NCBI GenBank assembly: GCA_035263125.1
Contig: DATFRP010000284.1
Coordinates: 967-64,966 of the forward strand
Direction: 5' to 3'
Length of the DNA stretch: 64,000 nt
Source of the DNA: Vicinamibacterales bacterium
GTDB lineage: Bacteria > Acidobacteriota > Vicinamibacteria > Vicinamibacterales > UBA2999
Shown here: piece by piece, positions 44,734-54,569 of the stretch
Numbering within the stretch: position 1 is the first letter of the stretch
Layout: each line of letters begins with the position of its first letter
The notes under the pieces: generated by a model
Seen by the model: only the letters and a program-made list of their open reading frames with translations
Databases searched by the model: none
Told to the model about the DNA's origin: nothing
Position numbers and translations under genes: made by a program

Positions 44734-47700
44734 ACCACATTCCCAATCCCGACTCCCATCCAGACAACTGCAAATCTACAATTGGTTCAGTGGCCTCTTC
44801 TCTGCTGGTCCGTCCATCACCGCCTGCCCTGGCCCGCCGTACGCTGCTGTCGATTGCGCTGATCGGCATCGCCAGCGCGCTCGTGGTGTTCGTGGCCGGA
44901 TGGGCAATTGGCCGATCGGTCATCGGGGTCGACAACCAGCAGGCGCACACCCTGGTGGAACGCGAGGTGCACGACGCGTTCGACACCATGTCCCGCAAGC
45001 TGCGTGACGTGGCTGTGAACCTCGCTGATCCCGCCGCCGTGCGCGCCGCATCGGATGGTGACACCGCCGCCGCGAGCGAACTGATGACCCGCGCCAATCA
45101 GTCAGTGACTCGCATCGACCCCGACGCGACCGTCACGGTGTACGGCGCAGACAGCATGCCGCTCGCATGGGCCGGGCGTCCAACGGAGATGCCCCCCGAT
45201 CGACTCGCGGGCGGGGAAACCTGGTTCATCGCGCCCGGTGCCCGTGGCCTCCGCCTGTTCTACATCCGGCCGGTCGTCGACGGTTCCACTCGCGTGGGCA
45301 CGATCGTCGTCGAGCAGGCGCTCCCAGCTGCCGACGAATCGGAAGGTCGTCGCAGCGGCTTGCAGGCCGGCGAAGACTCGTTCCGCTTCAGCACGCCGCT
45401 CGCGCCGGTATCCGTCCAACTACCAGTCGAACGAATCGACGGACTGTCATCACAAGCGTTCGAGGTGCGAGCGCCCTCGGGAGCGCCGCTCCTGACCGCG
45501 ATGGTTTCCGACGACGATCTGACGGCGGCTCGCGAGCGATGGGCTCGTGCCACGGTCTCGCTGGCGCTGATGGTGCTGGGCTTGACCGTGATGCTCCTGA
45601 CGGGACCGCTGCTGGATTGGCGGAATCGTCAGCGCCATGCATGGCCGTACGCACTCGTCGTCGCCCTGATCGCCGTCGTCATCATGACGGCCCGACTGCT
45701 GTTCAGCGTCTCGTCACCGGCAGACTGGTCGACCGCCCTGGTGTTTTCCAACGGCTACGCGTCCTCGCTGCTCACGCCGCTCCTCAAGTCGCCATTCGAT
45801 TTTCTCCTGACGGCCGCCAGCGCCTGCGCGCTGATGGCCTTGTTGCTGGCGGCGGCCGAGGCTGCGCGCGCGCATTTCTGGCGACATCGCCGCTCGGTCT
45901 CGGGCGCACGACACCGCGTGCTGTTCCTGAGCGAACAGCTCGCTGCCGGCGCGATCGTCGCGCTGATCCTGCTGGGACATCAGGCGTTGCTGCGCGACAC
46001 GGTGAGCCACAACACGACGCTCGACCTGCTGCATTTCTCACTGCACCCCTGGAACATGCCGAGACTCGCGCTGCAACTCGGGCTGGTGCTCGCGCATGCC
46101 GCCGCCCTTGGCCTCGGCGTCCTGGTACTGCGCGCCTCGCTCGTGGGCTGGCGCGTTCCACGTCGGACGTGGAGTATGCGCGCGCTCACGCTCGCCGCGT
46201 GGACGCTGCCGCTGATCGTCTGGCAGTTGACGCGTGGCACCGCCCTCGCTCCTCAGCTCCCGCTGCTCGTCGCCCTGGTCGCAACCGTGATGCTTGCGGG
46301 GGCGGCCACGCGCCTGGGTCAACGCTATCGCCGCGGATCGCAGGCGTTTCGACTGAGTCTGCTGACGCTGCCGCTCGTGATTCCGTCCTTTGCGTTCTAT
46401 CCAACGATCGTGCAATTCGCGCGGCAAGCCAAATCCGATCTGGTGGTCAGCACGTACGCGCCCGAAGTGACGACACAGCGGCAGGAAGTCCAGGAGCAAG
46501 TGAAGTTGAGCCGCGATGAGATCGACGCGTTTCCAAACCTCGTCGATCTGGTGACCACCAAAATCAACCCGGGCGTGGAAACGTCGACCGATCGCGCGTT
46601 CAAGGTGTGGCAGACCACGGCACTCGCTCGGTACCCGATCACATCGTCAGTGGAGTTGTACGGGAGTGATGGCCGACTCGTGAGCCGGTTCGCATTCAAC
46701 CTGCCCGAGGATCTCTCGTTGCCGCCGCTGTCGGAAGAACAGTCGTGCGCCTGGGACGTCTTCGAAGAAGTGGCTCCGTTCTTTGCCGAAGAGCGCCGCG
46801 TGCTTCATGCCGGCCGAGCGTTCTGTGCCGCCGATCCCAAAGCGAAGCCGCTCGGATCGATCGTCGTGCACGCCATGCCCGACTACGAGAACCTCACATT
46901 CATCTCATCCCGCAGTCCGTACATGGAGCTGGTGAGGCCGACCGATCCGTTGCGCGGCGAAGGGCTTGCGGGCCGCGACGTCGAGTTCGCCGTCTATGGC
47001 TGGAGCCGCACCCAGTTGTATCCGCCGGCCGCGACGGCCTGGTCTCTCCCCGACGATGTATTCGAGCGCGTCGAAGCGTCGCGGACGCCGTTCTGGACGA
47101 CGCTCTATCGTGGTCGCGATGCCTACGACGTCTACCTGCTGAACGATCGCGGGGGCATCTACGCACTCGGGTATCCGTCGATTTCCGCCCTCGGACATCT
47201 GGTCAACCTCGCCGAGTTGGCTGTGCTCGCACTCTGCATGTACGTGCTGCTGCTCCTGGCAAACGCGCTGCACCGCTGGCTCGGACGCCGTCGTGTCCGC
47301 GCTCCGGCGCTGCTGCGTGAGATCCGCGCGAGCTTCTATCGCAAGCTCTTTCTCGCGTTCGTCGCCGCTGCGTTCGTTCCTGTGATCGCTCTGGTGCTGG
47401 TGACACGGAACTACGTTGCCGATCAAGTCGAACGGAGTATCGAACAGGAAGCGGTACGGACTGCGTCGACCGCTGCCCGCGTGGTCGAGGACCTGGCGTC
47501 CCGGCGTGCGGCGCAGCAAGGCGTGGGTGTCGATGACGACCTGATGGTCCTCGTCGGTCGGCTGATCGATCAGGATGTCAACATGTTCATGGGGCCGCGG
47601 CTGCATGCGACGAGCGAACGGAATCTGTTTGCATCGGGATTCCTGCCGACGCGCACGCCCTCCGAAGTGTACCGTGCGCTCGAACTCGGCAACGAGGCGT

Positions 47701-48752
47701 CGTATGTCACCCACGAACGCATCGGCGCATCGGAATACCTGGTCGCGGCAACCAGGCTCACCTTGAATCAGCTCGGCATCCTCACGGTGCCGCTGACCTC
47801 CCGGCAGCGCGAGATCGAAGAGCAGATCGACACACTCGACCGCCGCGCGCTGCTGGCGGCGCTGCTGTTCATCCTGGGCGGTGCCGGGCTTGGATACTCG
47901 ATGGCCGAGCGGATTTCGGATCCGGTGAGGCGACTCACGCGTGCGACCAGACGCATTGCACGCGGCGACCTCGATGCACGAGTCGCGGCGACATCCTCGG
48001 ACGAATTGAGACGCCTGGTCGATGACTTCAACAGCATGGCGAGCGACCTGCAGCGGCAGCGGATCGAGCTCGAACGAACCCATCGCCTCGAGGCGTGGGC
48101 AGAGATGGCCCGGCAGGTCGCACACGAAATCAAGAATCCACTGACGCCGATTCAGTTGAATGCCGAGCACCTCCGCCGCGTCCACGCCGATCGCGGCGAG
48201 CCGCTCGGTCCGGTGTTGCAGGAATGTGTGGGCACGATCCTGACGCAGGTGAAGCTCCTCCGGCAGATCGCGTCCGAGTTCTCGAGCTACGCCTCGTCGC
48301 CGACGGCAAAGCCGGCCGACGTCGACAGTGCCGCCCTGCTGCGCGAGATTGTCGAACCGTATCGTGTCGGGCTCGAGGGACGGATCCATTTCGACGTCGA
48401 CGTCCCCGCGACACTCCCCCACGTGCGTGTCGACCGCACGCTGATTGCCCGCTCGCTCACCAACATCGTCGAGAACGCGCTCCACGCGATGCCGGGATCG
48501 GGCACGCTCGGCGTCTCGGCGCGGCATGAGGATCACGTCGTGCACATCCGCGTGTCGGACACGGGCATCGGCATGGATCGCGAAGCGCTCGCGCGGGCGT
48601 TCGAACCGTACTTCTCGACCAAGGCCAGCGGCACGGGACTGGGCCTTCCGATCGCGAAACGGAACGTCGAGTTGAGTGGCGGCACGATCGCGATCGCGAG
48701 CGAGCGCGAGCGCGGCACGACGGTGGCGATCACCTTGCCCGTCGCAGGTTGA
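44721..48752 (+). CDS. Giant NtrY-like sensor histidine kinase (multi-TM and three extracytoplasmic-like regions + HAMP + HisKA + HATPase_c)
   Basis: 1343-aa ORF. The C-terminus has a HAMP domain (RRLTRATRRIARGDLDARV...DELRRLVDDFNSM), the H-box ARQVAHEIKNPLTPIQL, the N-box NIVENALHAM, and G-boxes DTGIGMD and GTGLGLPIA. The N-terminal region of about 1000 aa holds 10 or more TM segments. The start is uncertain (44721 or GTG 44790). Confidence 0.8.
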   Translation: MVRPNHIPNPDSHPDNCKSTIGSVASSLLVRPSPPALARRTLLSIALIGIASALVVFVAGWAIGRSVIGVDNQQAHTLVEREVHDAFDTMSRKLRDVAVNLADPAAVRAASDGDTAAASELMTRANQSVTRIDPDATVTVYGADSMPLAWAGRPTEMPPDRLAGGETWFIAPGARGLRLFYIRPVVDGSTRVGTIVVEQALPAADESEGRRSGLQAGEDSFRFSTPLAPVSVQLPVERIDGLSSQAFEVRAPSGAPLLTAMVSDDDLTAARERWARATVSLALMVLGLTVMLLTGPLLDWRNRQRHAWPYALVVALIAVVIMTARLLFSVSSPADWSTALVFSNGYASSLLTPLLKSPFDFLLTAASACALMALLLAAAEAARAHFWRHRRSVSGARHRVLFLSEQLAAGAIVALILLGHQALLRDTVSHNTTLDLLHFSLHPWNMPRLALQLGLVLAHAAALGLGVLVLRASLVGWRVPRRTWSMRALTLAAWTLPLIVWQLTRGTALAPQLPLLVALVATVMLAGAATRLGQRYRRGSQAFRLSLLTLPLVIPSFAFYPTIVQFARQAKSDLVVSTYAPEVTTQRQEVQEQVKLSRDEIDAFPNLVDLVTTKINPGVETSTDRAFKVWQTTALARYPITSSVELYGSDGRLVSRFAFNLPEDLSLPPLSEEQSCAWDVFEEVAPFFAEERRVLHAGRAFCAADPKAKPLGSIVVHAMPDYENLTFISSRSPYMELVRPTDPLRGEGLAGRDVEFAVYGWSRTQLYPPAATAWSLPDDVFERVEASRTPFWTTLYRGRDAYDVYLLNDRGGIYALGYPSISALGHLVNLAELAVLALCMYVLLLLANALHRWLGRRRVRAPALLREIRASFYRKLFLAFVAAAFVPVIALVLVTRNYVADQVERSIEQEAVRTASTAARVVEDLASRRAAQQGVGVDDDLMVLVGRLIDQDVNMFMGPRLHATSERNLFASGFLPTRTPSEVYRALELGNEASYVTHERIGASEYLVAATRLTLNQLGILTVPLTSRQREIEEQIDTLDRRALLAALLFILGGAGLGYSMAERISDPVRRLTRATRRIARGDLDARVAATSSDELRRLVDDFNSMASDLQRQRIELERTHRLEAWAEMARQVAHEIKNPLTPIQLNAEHLRRVHADRGEPLGPVLQECVGTILTQVKLLRQIASEFSSYASSPTAKPADVDSAALLREIVEPYRVGLEGRIHFDVDVPATLPHVRVDRTLIARSLTNIVENALHAMPGSGTLGVSARHEDHVVHIRVSDTGIGMDREALARAFEPYFSTKASGTGLGLPIAKRNVELSGGTIAIASERERGTTVAITLPVAG

Positions 48753-48757
48753 GAGCT

Positions 48758-49621
48758 CTAGATCGCCTTCGTATCCTTCGAGGGGACGTCCGTGTGCGAT
48801 TCGGACTGATCGGGCGGACGCTTGCGCAGGCGGTGCCAGGCCTGCCCGATGAAGGCGGACGCCAGGTATGTGTACGCCATCCCGAGCAGGAGCCACTGCG
48901 GTTGCGCCGCCAAAAGCGCGAGCCCGAGAGCCACAAGGAACAACACGGGATAGCTGCGCCGCGACTGGAGGTCGATGGTCTTGAAGCTGCGATATCGAAT
49001 CGTGCTGACCATCAGCAGCGCCGGCACGATGACCATCGCCAGCACTGGCAGCGCTTCGGTATTGGTCTGAAATCCCGACGGATACGCGAAGACCGTGGCG
49101 GCCGGGACCGCTGCTGCCGTCGGGCTTGGCAATCCGACGAAGTACCGTTTGTCCTGCGAGCCTGACTGGATGTTGAACCGAGCGAGCCGCACCGCAGCGG
49201 CGGCGACGAACAGGAAGCCCGCGGCCCACCCGATTCGGCCGAGCGGCTGAAGGCCCCATTGAAACGAGAGAATCGCGGGCGCCACGCCAAACGATACGAC
49301 GTCGGCCAGCGAATCGAACTCGAGACCGAAGGCGCTCGTGGTTCCTGTCATTCGCGCAATGCGTCCATCGAGCGCGTCGAGCACGAAGGCAAAGCCGATG
49401 AAGAGCGCGGCGGTCGACAGCTGCTCCGCCCGATCGGGGGCGTTCACGGCGCGCATCGAGTGCACGATGCAGGCGTAGCCGCAGAACATGTTCGCCATCG
49501 TGAAGAGGCTCGGCAGGAGATACACGCCGCGCCGGAACCGGCGAGCCCGTCCATCGAGCCGCGGCCTCAGCGGCCGGAGCAGACGGGGCCTGTGGACGAC
49601 GCCCTCCTTATCGCGATGCAT
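48758..49621 (-). CDS. pssA: CDP-diacylglycerol-serine O-phosphatidyltransferase
   Basis: The CDP-alcohol phosphotransferase motif reads DALDGRIARMTGTTSAFGLEFDSLADVVSFGVAP. The ATG at 49621 is preferred because it overlaps the psd stop by 14 nt. The track start is 49678. Confidence 0.85.
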   Translation of the reverse strand: MHRDKEGVVHRPRLLRPLRPRLDGRARRFRRGVYLLPSLFTMANMFCGYACIVHSMRAVNAPDRAEQLSTAALFIGFAFVLDALDGRIARMTGTTSAFGLEFDSLADVVSFGVAPAILSFQWGLQPLGRIGWAAGFLFVAAAAVRLARFNIQSGSQDKRYFVGLPSPTAAAVPAATVFAYPSGFQTNTEALPVLAMVIVPALLMVSTIRYRSFKTIDLQSRRSYPVLFLVALGLALLAAQPQWLLLGMAYTYLASAFIGQAWHRLRKRPPDQSESHTDVPSKDTKAI

Positions 49622-50288
49622 ACGCCGCCTCCCTGCTGGACTCGCCGAGCGTCGGGGAACGAGGCGGCAGGGTCGCAAGGACGGTCACGCCACCTATCAC
49701 CCGATCACCGGCCTGACAGTGCATCGTCGACCCTCGCGGGATGAACACATCCATACGCGACCCGAATTTCATGACGCCGAACCGTCCACCTGCCGCGACG
49801 TCGTCGCCCTCCTTGGCACGGCAGACAATGCGCCGCGCCAGGATACCGACGATCTGTCTGACCACCACCGGCTGTCCGTGATGATCTATCGTCACTTCGG
49901 TGTACTCGTTCAGGTCTCCCGCGTCGTGGCGATACGCGGGCAGAAATCGGCCTGGATGATACCGCACACGTGTGACACGCCCACTGACCGGCATCCGGTT
50001 GACGTGCACATCCATCGGAGACAGGAAGATGCTGATTTGGTGCCAGTTACCAGGCGGCACCAGTTCGCCGGTGGGATCGCCTGCGACCATCACCCGCCCA
50101 TCCGCCGGCGAGATCACGGCCGAATCGGGAGCGTCGTGGCTGCGTTCCGGGTCGCGGAAGAAAAAGAGAAGGAATCCGGTCAGTGCAGCCAGAATCCAGC
50201 CATAGACCGCTCCGGCCAGGATGCCGACGACGACCGCGGCAACGGCACCGCCGATGATGAAGGGCCAACCAGCAGGATCAATGCGCAT
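49608..50288 (-). CDS. psd: Phosphatidylserine decarboxylase (short, membrane-anchored type)
   Basis: 226 aa with N-terminal TMs, FFRDPER, VHVNRMP, and the self-cleavage-type motif MKFGSRMD. Confidence 0.85.
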   Translation of the reverse strand: MRIDPAGWPFIIGGAVAAVVVGILAGAVYGWILAALTGFLLFFFRDPERSHDAPDSAVISPADGRVMVAGDPTGELVPPGNWHQISIFLSPMDVHVNRMPVSGRVTRVRYHPGRFLPAYRHDAGDLNEYTEVTIDHHGQPVVVRQIVGILARRIVCRAKEGDDVAAGGRFGVMKFGSRMDVFIPRGSTMHCQAGDRVIGGVTVLATLPPRSPTLGESSREAAYASR

Positions 50289-50371
50289 ATGTGCGAAACC
50301 GGGTCTAATTCTCCGCGAACTGCGCTGGAAAACTAAACCCGGTTTCGGGGCGCACCGGCAATGAGCGGCGT

Positions 50372-50614
50372 TTACGACGCCTTCAAGTGAGCTTTGGCGT
50401 AATCGAGCGCCATCTGCTCCATTTGATCTTTGAGCGCGAGCTTGCGTTTCTTGAGAGTGACTTCTTCGAGCTGTTCGGAATCTGTCAGGAAGTGCCGTTC
50501 GGTGAGCTGATGCAGGCGGTCATCCAATTGATGGTGCCGTTCTGAGAGCTGGCGGTAAACCTCGTTGCTCTGCAGCAAGAGGTTTCTTACCTCCTGTGCG
50601 TCCGCTGCGTTCAT
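50372..50614 (-). CDS. DUF465 (YdcH-like) small protein
   Basis: 80 aa counted from the ATG at 50614, which is preceded by AAGGAGGG on the minus strand. LSERHHQLDDRLHQL...LKKRKLALKDQMEQM matches the DUF465 pattern. Confidence 0.65.
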   Translation of the reverse strand: MNAADAQEVRNLLLQSNEVYRQLSERHHQLDDRLHQLTERHFLTDSEQLEEVTLKKRKLALKDQMEQMALDYAKAHLKAS

Positions 50615-50730
50615 AGGCCGCACCCTCCTTTCATAAAAGGACGATGTCTCGACATCACGGTAACACACGGATGACGACCGCTCAATCCTCAAATCCCGTG
50701 AGGCCGATAACCCGAACTGCTGTAACGACT

Positions 50731-51204
50731 TCAGCCTTCGTCCCGCCAGAGGATGAGGGCATCCTCGACGGGATTCGTGTAATAGCTGGGTCGCACGGCC
50801 GCAACATAAAAACCGAGGCGTTCATACAATCGTCTTGCGCCCTCATTCGATGCGCGGACCTCGAGTGTTGCGCGCTTCGCGCCGAGGCGCCGCGCCTCAT
50901 CGAATACGCGTCGCATGAGATCAGTGCCGATCCCTTGACCACGCAGAGCGGGAAGCACGGCGACGTTGTTGATGTGGATCTCATCCAGTACGAGCCAGAA
51001 CGCGCAGAATCCTGCCACCGGGGTCGCTTGCGTGCGCACGACGAAGATATGGCAGACGGCGCGATTCTGCAGTTCCCAGGCGTACATCTCCTTCGTCCAG
51101 GGGTTCGTGAACGACTCTGCCTCGACGGCGAGCACGCCATCCAGATCCTCTTCGCCCTGAAGCGGATCGATCCAGTACGTCGCGCTATCGGGCGGCTCGG
51201 GCAT
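50731..51204 (-). CDS. rimI: Ribosomal-protein-alanine N-acetyltransferase
   Basis: 157-aa GNAT protein with INNVAVLPALRGQGIGTDLM, ATLEVRASNEGARRLYERLGF and YYTNP. It overlaps the tsaB 3' end, the usual tsaB-rimI arrangement. Confidence 0.8.
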   Translation of the reverse strand: MPEPPDSATYWIDPLQGEEDLDGVLAVEAESFTNPWTKEMYAWELQNRAVCHIFVVRTQATPVAGFCAFWLVLDEIHINNVAVLPALRGQGIGTDLMRRVFDEARRLGAKRATLEVRASNEGARRLYERLGFYVAAVRPSYYTNPVEDALILWRDEG

Positions 51205-51859
51205 CTCTCACCAGTTCGGCGTCGGTTCGGCGCACGTACAGCGGGCGGATCGCATGAGGAGGCGGAGCCTCGCCGCGACGGGCGGCCTGGGTCGCGATGA
51301 CGGCGATCGTCCCTGCCAGCAGCGGGACCACAGGATCGGCAATCGTCGCCTCACCATCGAGCGACGCCTCGATGAGCGTGCGATACGTCGACGCGCCGTC
51401 ACCGATGAAAAGAGTCGGCGCACCCGTCAGATCGGCAAGGACGTCGGCGGGACGGGCCACGATCGGCGCTCGAACGATTCGGCCGCCGTCGTAGAGTGCG
51501 GCGTAGACCTCGCCTCGCCAGGCATCGATCCAGGTCGCCACGCGACCCGCGCCGGCCCGCGCGGCGAGCGCATCGAAGCTCGACACACCGATCAGCGGTT
51601 TGCCTCCCGCAAACGCGAGTCCCTGCATCGTCGCGATCCCGATCCGCAGTCCCGTGAACGATCCAGGTCCGGTCGCCACTGCGAAGACATCGACCGAGTC
51701 GAGCGGCAGCCCGGAGGCATCGAGGAGCGTCATCAGATCTGTCGGCAGCCTCGAGGCGTGTTCGGCGGTCGCGCTCGATCGCTCCAACACAACCGTGCCG
51801 TCCCGCGAGAGGGCACAGCTGCCCGCTCGTGTCGTGGTGTCGAGGGCCAGGACGAGCAT
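51185..51859 (-). CDS. tsaB: tRNA threonylcarbamoyladenosine biosynthesis protein TsaB
   Basis: The ATG at 51859 gives MLVLALDTTTRAGSCAL and later VATGPGSFTGLRIGIATMQGLA. The track start 52003 would overlap mutS and is rejected. Confidence 0.85.
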   Translation of the reverse strand: MLVLALDTTTRAGSCALSRDGTVVLERSSATAEHASRLPTDLMTLLDASGLPLDSVDVFAVATGPGSFTGLRIGIATMQGLAFAGGKPLIGVSSFDALAARAGAGRVATWIDAWRGEVYAALYDGGRIVRAPIVARPADVLADLTGAPTLFIGDGASTYRTLIEASLDGEATIADPVVPLLAGTIAVIATQAARRGEAPPPHAIRPLYVRRTDAELVRDARAAR

Positions 51860-51908
51860 GAGCGGATGATAATAGTGCACCGAACCGTCCGGCTTCACCG
51901 CGCAACCG

Positions 51909-54563
51909 ATGTCCTCGACCTCTGCCCAGACCGCCACGCCCGCCATGCGCCAGTATCTGGACGCGAAGCGGCAGTACCGGGACGCCATCGTGTTCTTTCG
52001 CATGGGCGACTTCTACGAGATGTTCTACGAGGACGCCCTCGTGGCGGCGCGTGCGCTCGAACTGACACTGACCTCGCGCTCGAAAGACGCCGGCGGCAAC
52101 GGGATTCCGATGTGCGGCGTTCCGTTTCACGCCGCCGACGGATACCTGGCGCGGCTCGTGAAAAAGGGCTTCCGGGTTGCGATCTGCGAGCAGGTCGAGG
52201 ATCCCAAGAAAGCCAAGGGGCTGGTCCGTCGGGAGGTCGTGCGCGTCGTCTCCCCCGGCACGTTGACCGATTCGACCTACCTCGAGGCCCGCGAGCCGGC
52301 GTTTCTCATGGCGATCGCCCCCGGACCAAACGGCGACTGTGGAGTTGCGCTCGTCGATGTCTCGACCGGCGAGTTCACTGCCACCGAATATCAGGGCACG
52401 ACGGGATTGCAGGCCCTGGCCGACGAGATGTCCGTACTGCGGCCGCGCGAGGTCGTCATCCCCTCGGGGTCCGAGGTGATCGACGCGCTCGGGAAATTTA
52501 CGCGCGTCCAGATTGCGGTCACGACCGTCGATGGCTGGAGCTTCGACTCGGAGGCTGCGCGCCGGGCGTTGCTGGATCAGCTGAGAGTCCATGGGCTGGA
52601 GGCCTTTGGCCTCGAAGGTCGGCAGGCTGCGACGCGCGCGGCCGGTGGGCTCGTCGCCTATCTGCGCGATACGCAGAAGGCCGACCTCGCGCACGTGCGC
52701 TCGATCGCCTATCGCACGACGGCTGATTCGCTCATCATCGACCCGACGACGCTCAGGCACCTCGAGGTCGTCGTCGGCAGTGACGGCACGCCGCACGGAT
52801 CGCTCCTCAAGGAAATCGATCGCACCATCACGTCCATGGGTGGACGTCTGCTGCGGGCCTGGCTGCTTCGTCCGCTCTGCGCGCTCGAACGTATCCGCGA
52901 TCGCCTCGATGCCGTCGAAGAACTCGCCTACTCATCCAGCGAGCGCGGCACACTGCGCGAGACGTTGAAATCCGTCCACGATCTCGAACGACTCGTCGCA
53001 CGCGCCGCGCTTGCCACGACCGGGCCGCGCGAGCTCGTCGCGCTGCGCCAGTCGCTTTCGGCCGTTCCGCGCATCAGGCTGCTGCTGCGTGACGTGCGCG
53101 CCCCGCTGCTCGGCAGCCTCGTGTCTGAACTCGACGAGCTCGTCGACGTCCGCGAGCTCATCGAACGCACGCTCATCGATGAGCCGCCGGCGCTGGCCCG
53201 CGACGGCGGGTTCACTCGCGACGGCGTCGACGTCGAGATCGACGAGCTCAGAGCGATCAGCCGCTCGGGCAAGCAGATCATCGCCGAGATGGAGGACCGC
53301 GAACGCGCGCGCACCGGCATCGGCTCTCTCAAGGTGCGATTCAACCGCGTGTTCGGCTACTACATCGAGGTCTCGCGCTCGAACCTGCACGCGGTGCCTC
53401 CCGACTATCAGCGCAAGCAGACGATCGCCGGCGGTGAGCGCTTCACCACGCCCGCACTGAAGGACCACGAAGAGAAAGTGCTCGGCGCCGACGAGCGCAT
53501 TCTCGAGCGCGAGCTCGAGCTCTTCGAAGATCTGCGCCGGCGTGTGGCCGCCGAGGCGCCTCGAATTCAGGACACCGCTCGTGCCTTGGCCACGATCGAT
53601 GTGCTCGCCGGGCTGGCCGAAACAGCGACGCTCTCCAACTACACCAAACCGCATCTCCACGACGGCGACGAGCTCGTCGTGACAGATGGACGTCATCCGG
53701 TCGTCGAACGCTATACACCCGACGCATTCGTGCCGAACGACGCCGATCTCAACGCGACCAGTCGACAGCTCGTTGTCCTCACCGGACCGAACATGGGCGG
53801 CAAGTCGACGTACCTGCGGCAGACGGCGCTCATCCCGCTGCTCGCCCAGGTTGGCTCCTTCGTGCCGGCGCGGGATGCGAAGCTGCCGATCGTCGATCGC
53901 ATCTTCGCGCGCGTCGGCGCCTCGGACAACATCGCACGCGGGCAGTCGACGTTCATGGTGGAGATGCAGGAGACGGCGCACATTCTGCACGCTGCCACCT
54001 CTCGAAGCCTGGTCGTGCTCGACGAGATCGGCCGCGGGACATCCACGTTCGACGGCCTGAGCATCGCGTGGGCGGTGGCCGAGTACCTGGCGACCAACAC
54101 GCGCGCCCGACCGAAGACACTCTTCGCGACCCACTACCACGAGTTGACCGATCTCGCCGATGCGCACTCGGGCGTGGTCAACGCACACGTCTCAGCACGC
54201 GAGTGGAAGGACGACATCATCTTCTTGCGCAAGATCGTCAGCGGCCGCTCGGACCGCAGCTACGGCATCCAGGTCGCCCGGCTCGCCGGACTGCCCTCCG
54301 AGGTGGTGACACGCGCCCGCGAGATCCTCAGCGGCCTCGAACGCGATGAGCTCTCGCGCAGCGGACGCCCCACCTTCTCAGGCAGTGGAAGCCATGCCGA
54401 CTCGAGCCAGCTGGGACTCTTTGCGTCGCCACCCGATGACGACTCGGCGCGACGCCGTGACGCGCTGGCGGAGCGACTCCACGCGATCGACATCGACGAC
54501 ACCACCCCGCGTCAAGCGCTCGAGCTGCTGGCGGAATTGAAGAAGTTATCCGAAGAACTGTAA
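51909..54563 (+). CDS. mutS: DNA mismatch repair protein MutS
   Basis: 884 aa with TPAMRQYLDAKRQYRDAIVFFRMGDFYEMFYEDA, the Walker A LTGPNMGGKST, and STFMVEMQET. Confidence 0.95.
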   Translation: MSSTSAQTATPAMRQYLDAKRQYRDAIVFFRMGDFYEMFYEDALVAARALELTLTSRSKDAGGNGIPMCGVPFHAADGYLARLVKKGFRVAICEQVEDPKKAKGLVRREVVRVVSPGTLTDSTYLEAREPAFLMAIAPGPNGDCGVALVDVSTGEFTATEYQGTTGLQALADEMSVLRPREVVIPSGSEVIDALGKFTRVQIAVTTVDGWSFDSEAARRALLDQLRVHGLEAFGLEGRQAATRAAGGLVAYLRDTQKADLAHVRSIAYRTTADSLIIDPTTLRHLEVVVGSDGTPHGSLLKEIDRTITSMGGRLLRAWLLRPLCALERIRDRLDAVEELAYSSSERGTLRETLKSVHDLERLVARAALATTGPRELVALRQSLSAVPRIRLLLRDVRAPLLGSLVSELDELVDVRELIERTLIDEPPALARDGGFTRDGVDVEIDELRAISRSGKQIIAEMEDRERARTGIGSLKVRFNRVFGYYIEVSRSNLHAVPPDYQRKQTIAGGERFTTPALKDHEEKVLGADERILERELELFEDLRRRVAAEAPRIQDTARALATIDVLAGLAETATLSNYTKPHLHDGDELVVTDGRHPVVERYTPDAFVPNDADLNATSRQLVVLTGPNMGGKSTYLRQTALIPLLAQVGSFVPARDAKLPIVDRIFARVGASDNIARGQSTFMVEMQETAHILHAATSRSLVVLDEIGRGTSTFDGLSIAWAVAEYLATNTRARPKTLFATHYHELTDLADAHSGVVNAHVSAREWKDDIIFLRKIVSGRSDRSYGIQVARLAGLPSEVVTRAREILSGLERDELSRSGRPTFSGSGSHADSSQLGLFASPPDDDSARRRDALAERLHAIDIDDTTPRQALELLAELKKLSEEL

Positions 54564-54569
54564 TTCGAA

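Noticed and set aside
44712-44790. Apparent 13-nt overlap of the divergent start codons of the membrane protein (44733) and the kinase (44721).
   Set aside because: Overlapping divergent coding starts are unlikely. In-frame alternative starts (GTG 44712 and GTG 44790) remove the overlap. It is treated as start-codon uncertainty, not biology.
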